NCBI GenBank assembly: GCA_004431415.1
Contig: QPMI01000185.1
Span: 1 to 64,000 of the forward strand
Origin: Cyanophora paradoxa CCMP329
Lineage: Eukaryota; Plantae; Glaucophyta
DNA length: 64,000 bases
Reading direction: 5' to 3'
Numbering within the stretch: position 1 is the first letter of the stretch; each line of letters opens with the position of its first letter. Of this stretch, positions 61,149 to 64,000 are shown piece after piece. The notes beneath the pieces are model-generated. The model ran no database searches and was not told the DNA's origin. It saw nothing but the letters and a program-made list of their open reading frames with translations. Position numbers and translations under genes: made by a program.

Positions 61149-63866
61149 ATGGGAGCGGCAAGCTCGACGCTTATCGAGGAGCCCAACCCCGCATACGCGG
61201 GCTACGGCAGGCAGCAGCACTCGGCGGTCCGCGCCGCCCAGCCGCCGTCGCAAACCGGCCGCGCGCCCCTCTCCACCGGCCCCTCCGCCTACGGCGCTAG
61301 TGAGTGCTCGAGGAGCGGTTTCGGCATCGCCGCGCGGCTTGGGATGAAGGTGTACGACTGCGTGGGCGCGGACGTCGGCCTGACGACGACTTTCCCGGGC
61401 CACCGCGGGTCCCGGGCGGGCCTCGCGGCGGAGGCGACGGCGGTGGACCTGGGAGACGCGGCGGCGTTCAAGGGCTTCTGCTCGCAGACCTTCGTGGAGC
61501 GGACGAAGCGGCCGGCCCCGAGCCTGCTCGACCAGATGGCACTCGCCCGCATCGAGGAGGCCGAGCGGCGCCGCGAGAAGGCCGCCCGCCGCGCCATGGC
61601 CGATGCCCGCGTGCGCCCCTCCGCCTTCCTCGGCCGATTTGAAATTTGAAAGGCCTCGCGCAGGGGAACGGGCTCTCGCCGCCGGGGCACACGGGGCCGG
61701 CGCCCCGCATCCTGAGCCTCTCGGCCGGCGGCTCGCCGCTGCTCACGACGGAGCCCTTCGCGTTCGAGAGGAGCCGGGCGGAGCCGGGCGGGAGGGCGGC
61801 CGACTCGTCGCCTGCCGCGGAGCTGCGGGAATGGGTGCAGCGGGCGCTGGACGCCGAGCAGCAGGCGCGGGAGCAGAAGCGCGTCCTGGACCAGCTGGTG
61901 GAGGACTTCCGCCTCGGGAACATCGGGTCGGCCCCGCGGCACGACTCGTTCGTCGAGGAGAAGCGGCGGGAGCTGGCGGCGCGGGAGGTGCGCGCGGAGG
62001 AGGCGGAGGCGGCGGCGCGGGAGCGCGTGCGGGCGCTGGACGCGCGCGAGGCGGCCGTGCGGGCCGCCGAGGAGCGCATCCGCGCCGACGAGCGCGCCCT
62101 GGGCGAGGTCCGGCCTAAGTTCTTAACTTCAAGCTTTCTATGCTTTGAAACTAACTAACTCTGCTTCCTTCAGATGATGGACGAGCTCCTCGAGAAGAAG
62201 CGGGCGCTGGACCGAGAGCGCGCCGAGGCGGCCGCGGGCGGCGCCGGGCACGGGCGGGATCGGACGGACGAGGAGCGGGAGGCCGCGCTGCGCCGCCGCG
62301 AGCGCGCCGTCACCGATCGCGAAACAGTGCGCCGCGCCCGCCTCGCTCAGCCCTCTGCTCCGATCCTTACTATCGTCCCGCGCCGCAGCTGCTGGCGCAG
62401 CAGCAGGCGGCCCTCGAGGAGCGCGAGGCGGTGCGACGCTTCCCCCTCCTCCTCCTCCCCGCTCTCTGCGCCCCTGACTTTCGCCTTAGGCCGTCGCGGA
62501 GAAGGAAGCGGCGCAGGAGGCGGCCGGGGCCGACGCGAACGCCGAGGCGGAGGCGGAGGCGGCGCGGCGGGAGGCGGGGCGGCGGGAGGCGGAGGAGCTC
62601 GCGCGCTCCGTCCTCCGCGTCGTCGACGCCATCCACGGGCGGCAACTCCCGGGCCTCCCGGACGAGGACGAGGAGGAGGAGGACGAGGAAGAGGGCGAAC
62701 AGGGCGAGGACGAGGAGGCGGAGGCGGCGCCGGAGGCAGTGGAGCCGCGGGGCCGGCGGCGCTGGAGCTCGGCCGAGCGCCTGCTTCGGAGCGAGCGGCG
62801 CTGGGTCCGCGAGCAGCTCGCCGCGGTCACCCGCGTCCTCCAGAAGGCGAGCATTTCGAATTCGATCCGAGATTTGATCTGGAATATGATCTGAAATTTG
62901 ATCTGATCTGAGCTCGCCCAGTTCCTGGCGGAGGGCGAGGCGCTTCGGCGGTCGGCGGAGGCGGCGGAGGAGGGCAAGAGCCACGCGATCCTCAGCGTCG
63001 AGCGCATGCTCCAGCAGCTCACGCGCGTCGCCGCCGACGCCTCCGCCGCACACGTGCGCGAACTCCGTTCAACTTCGTCGTCGTCGTTGGAGTTCAGCTG
63101 ATTTGGATTGCGGGGTACAGGTGGAGGCGGAGCGGCTGCGGGAGGTCGTGGGGACGCTGACGGCCCGCCTCACGAGCGCCCAGACCGAGCTCGCCACCCT
63201 CCGGCCCCGCGCCGCGGTCCGCCCCGCCCCCGCCCCCGCGCCCCGCCCCGAAGACCTCGCCCGGACCGAGCGCCCGCGCAGGGCCGGACGACCGGGACGC
63301 AGTGCGCGTCCGGGTCCCAGCTGCCTGCGATCCCGGAGACGAGCGGGCGGGCGGCGCGGGAACAGGAGGAGGAACAGCAGCAGCAACAACAACAGGCGGA
63401 GGCGCTGACGGCGCGGGCCGGCGAGCTGGAGGCACTTGTGACGCGGTACGAGGGGGAGCTGAAGGAGACGGCGGGGGCCGTCCTGGAGCTCCACGCGGCG
63501 CTGGAGCAGCGGGAGGCGGAGCTGGCGGAGCGGCGGCGCGAGGTCGAGCTGCGCGAGGTCGACGTGATGGAGGCGCGCTACGTCGCCCAGTGCCGCGAGC
63601 GCGAGGCCGGCGAGGCCGAGCGCGCCGCCGCCCTCGCCCGCCGCGACAACCAGCTCCTCCTCCAGAAGGTGCGCTGGATCAAATTCAAATTAGATCTGGG
63701 CCTGACGCCGCGGCCGCAGATCAACGCGATGCACAGCCGGCTGACGGATCTGACGGCCCGCTACGCCCGCGCCCGCTCCAAGTGCTCCTGCCGCGCCTTC
63801 GCGGGCCAGGGCGCCCTGCCCAAAGGCGACCTGCAGCACGAGGCGCCCAGCCGCCGCTGCCTCTAG
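61149..63866 (+). CDS. Coiled-coil protein of unknown function (spliced)
   Basis: Several exons with E/R/A-rich heptad helices (ELREWVQRALDAEQQAREQKR, ELEALVTRYEGELKE, LEQREAELAERRREVEL). Start and stop are approximate. Confidence 0.6.
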
Positions 63867-64000
63867 CTCTAGACCGCTGTGCCCAGCCAGGTAGATGTCC
63901 GCGGGGGTCCAAAAAGCGATTGAAAGCAAACAGAACTACAGTTCACACGGGAGCGAGAGGGACGAGGAAAGTAAGGGACAGCGGGCGGTCGGCGGGGGTC

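Overview
Eukaryotic, very GC-rich, intron-dense DNA from what looks like a unicellular alga or protist. The style resembles the glaucophyte Cyanophora paradoxa, but that is an unverified impression. Bases 1-~13.7 kb hold the right part of an unusually large Ty3/Gypsy-type LTR retrotransposon. Protease, RT, RNase H and integrase are preceded by at least 7.4 kb of apparently coding sequence with no confidently recognisable domain, and many of its frameshifts look like homopolymer sequencing errors. The rest holds about 14 spliced genes: LRR-like, CMC4-like twin-Cx9C, KIX-domain, acyl-CoA-binding-domain, a PSI-TM-HET receptor-like protein, beta-helix, PRPP synthetase, SABATH methyltransferase, LIG6-type DNA ligase, an SP-repeat surface protein, SOUL haem-binding, coiled-coil and two hypothetical proteins. 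Two nests of non-autonomous mobile elements lie at 22-30.5 kb and 50-51.3 kb, several with exact TIRs and TSDs readable in the sequence. The best novelty candidates are: (1) a Toll-like-receptor-like architecture using a fungal-type HET (TIR-like) signalling domain; (2) the giant Gypsy polyprotein; (3) a 5.8-kb TGT...ACA foldback element with a CATG TSD, nested insertions and a ~171-bp tandem array; (4) very frequent GC-AG introns. All calls come from manual motif reading; no searches were run.
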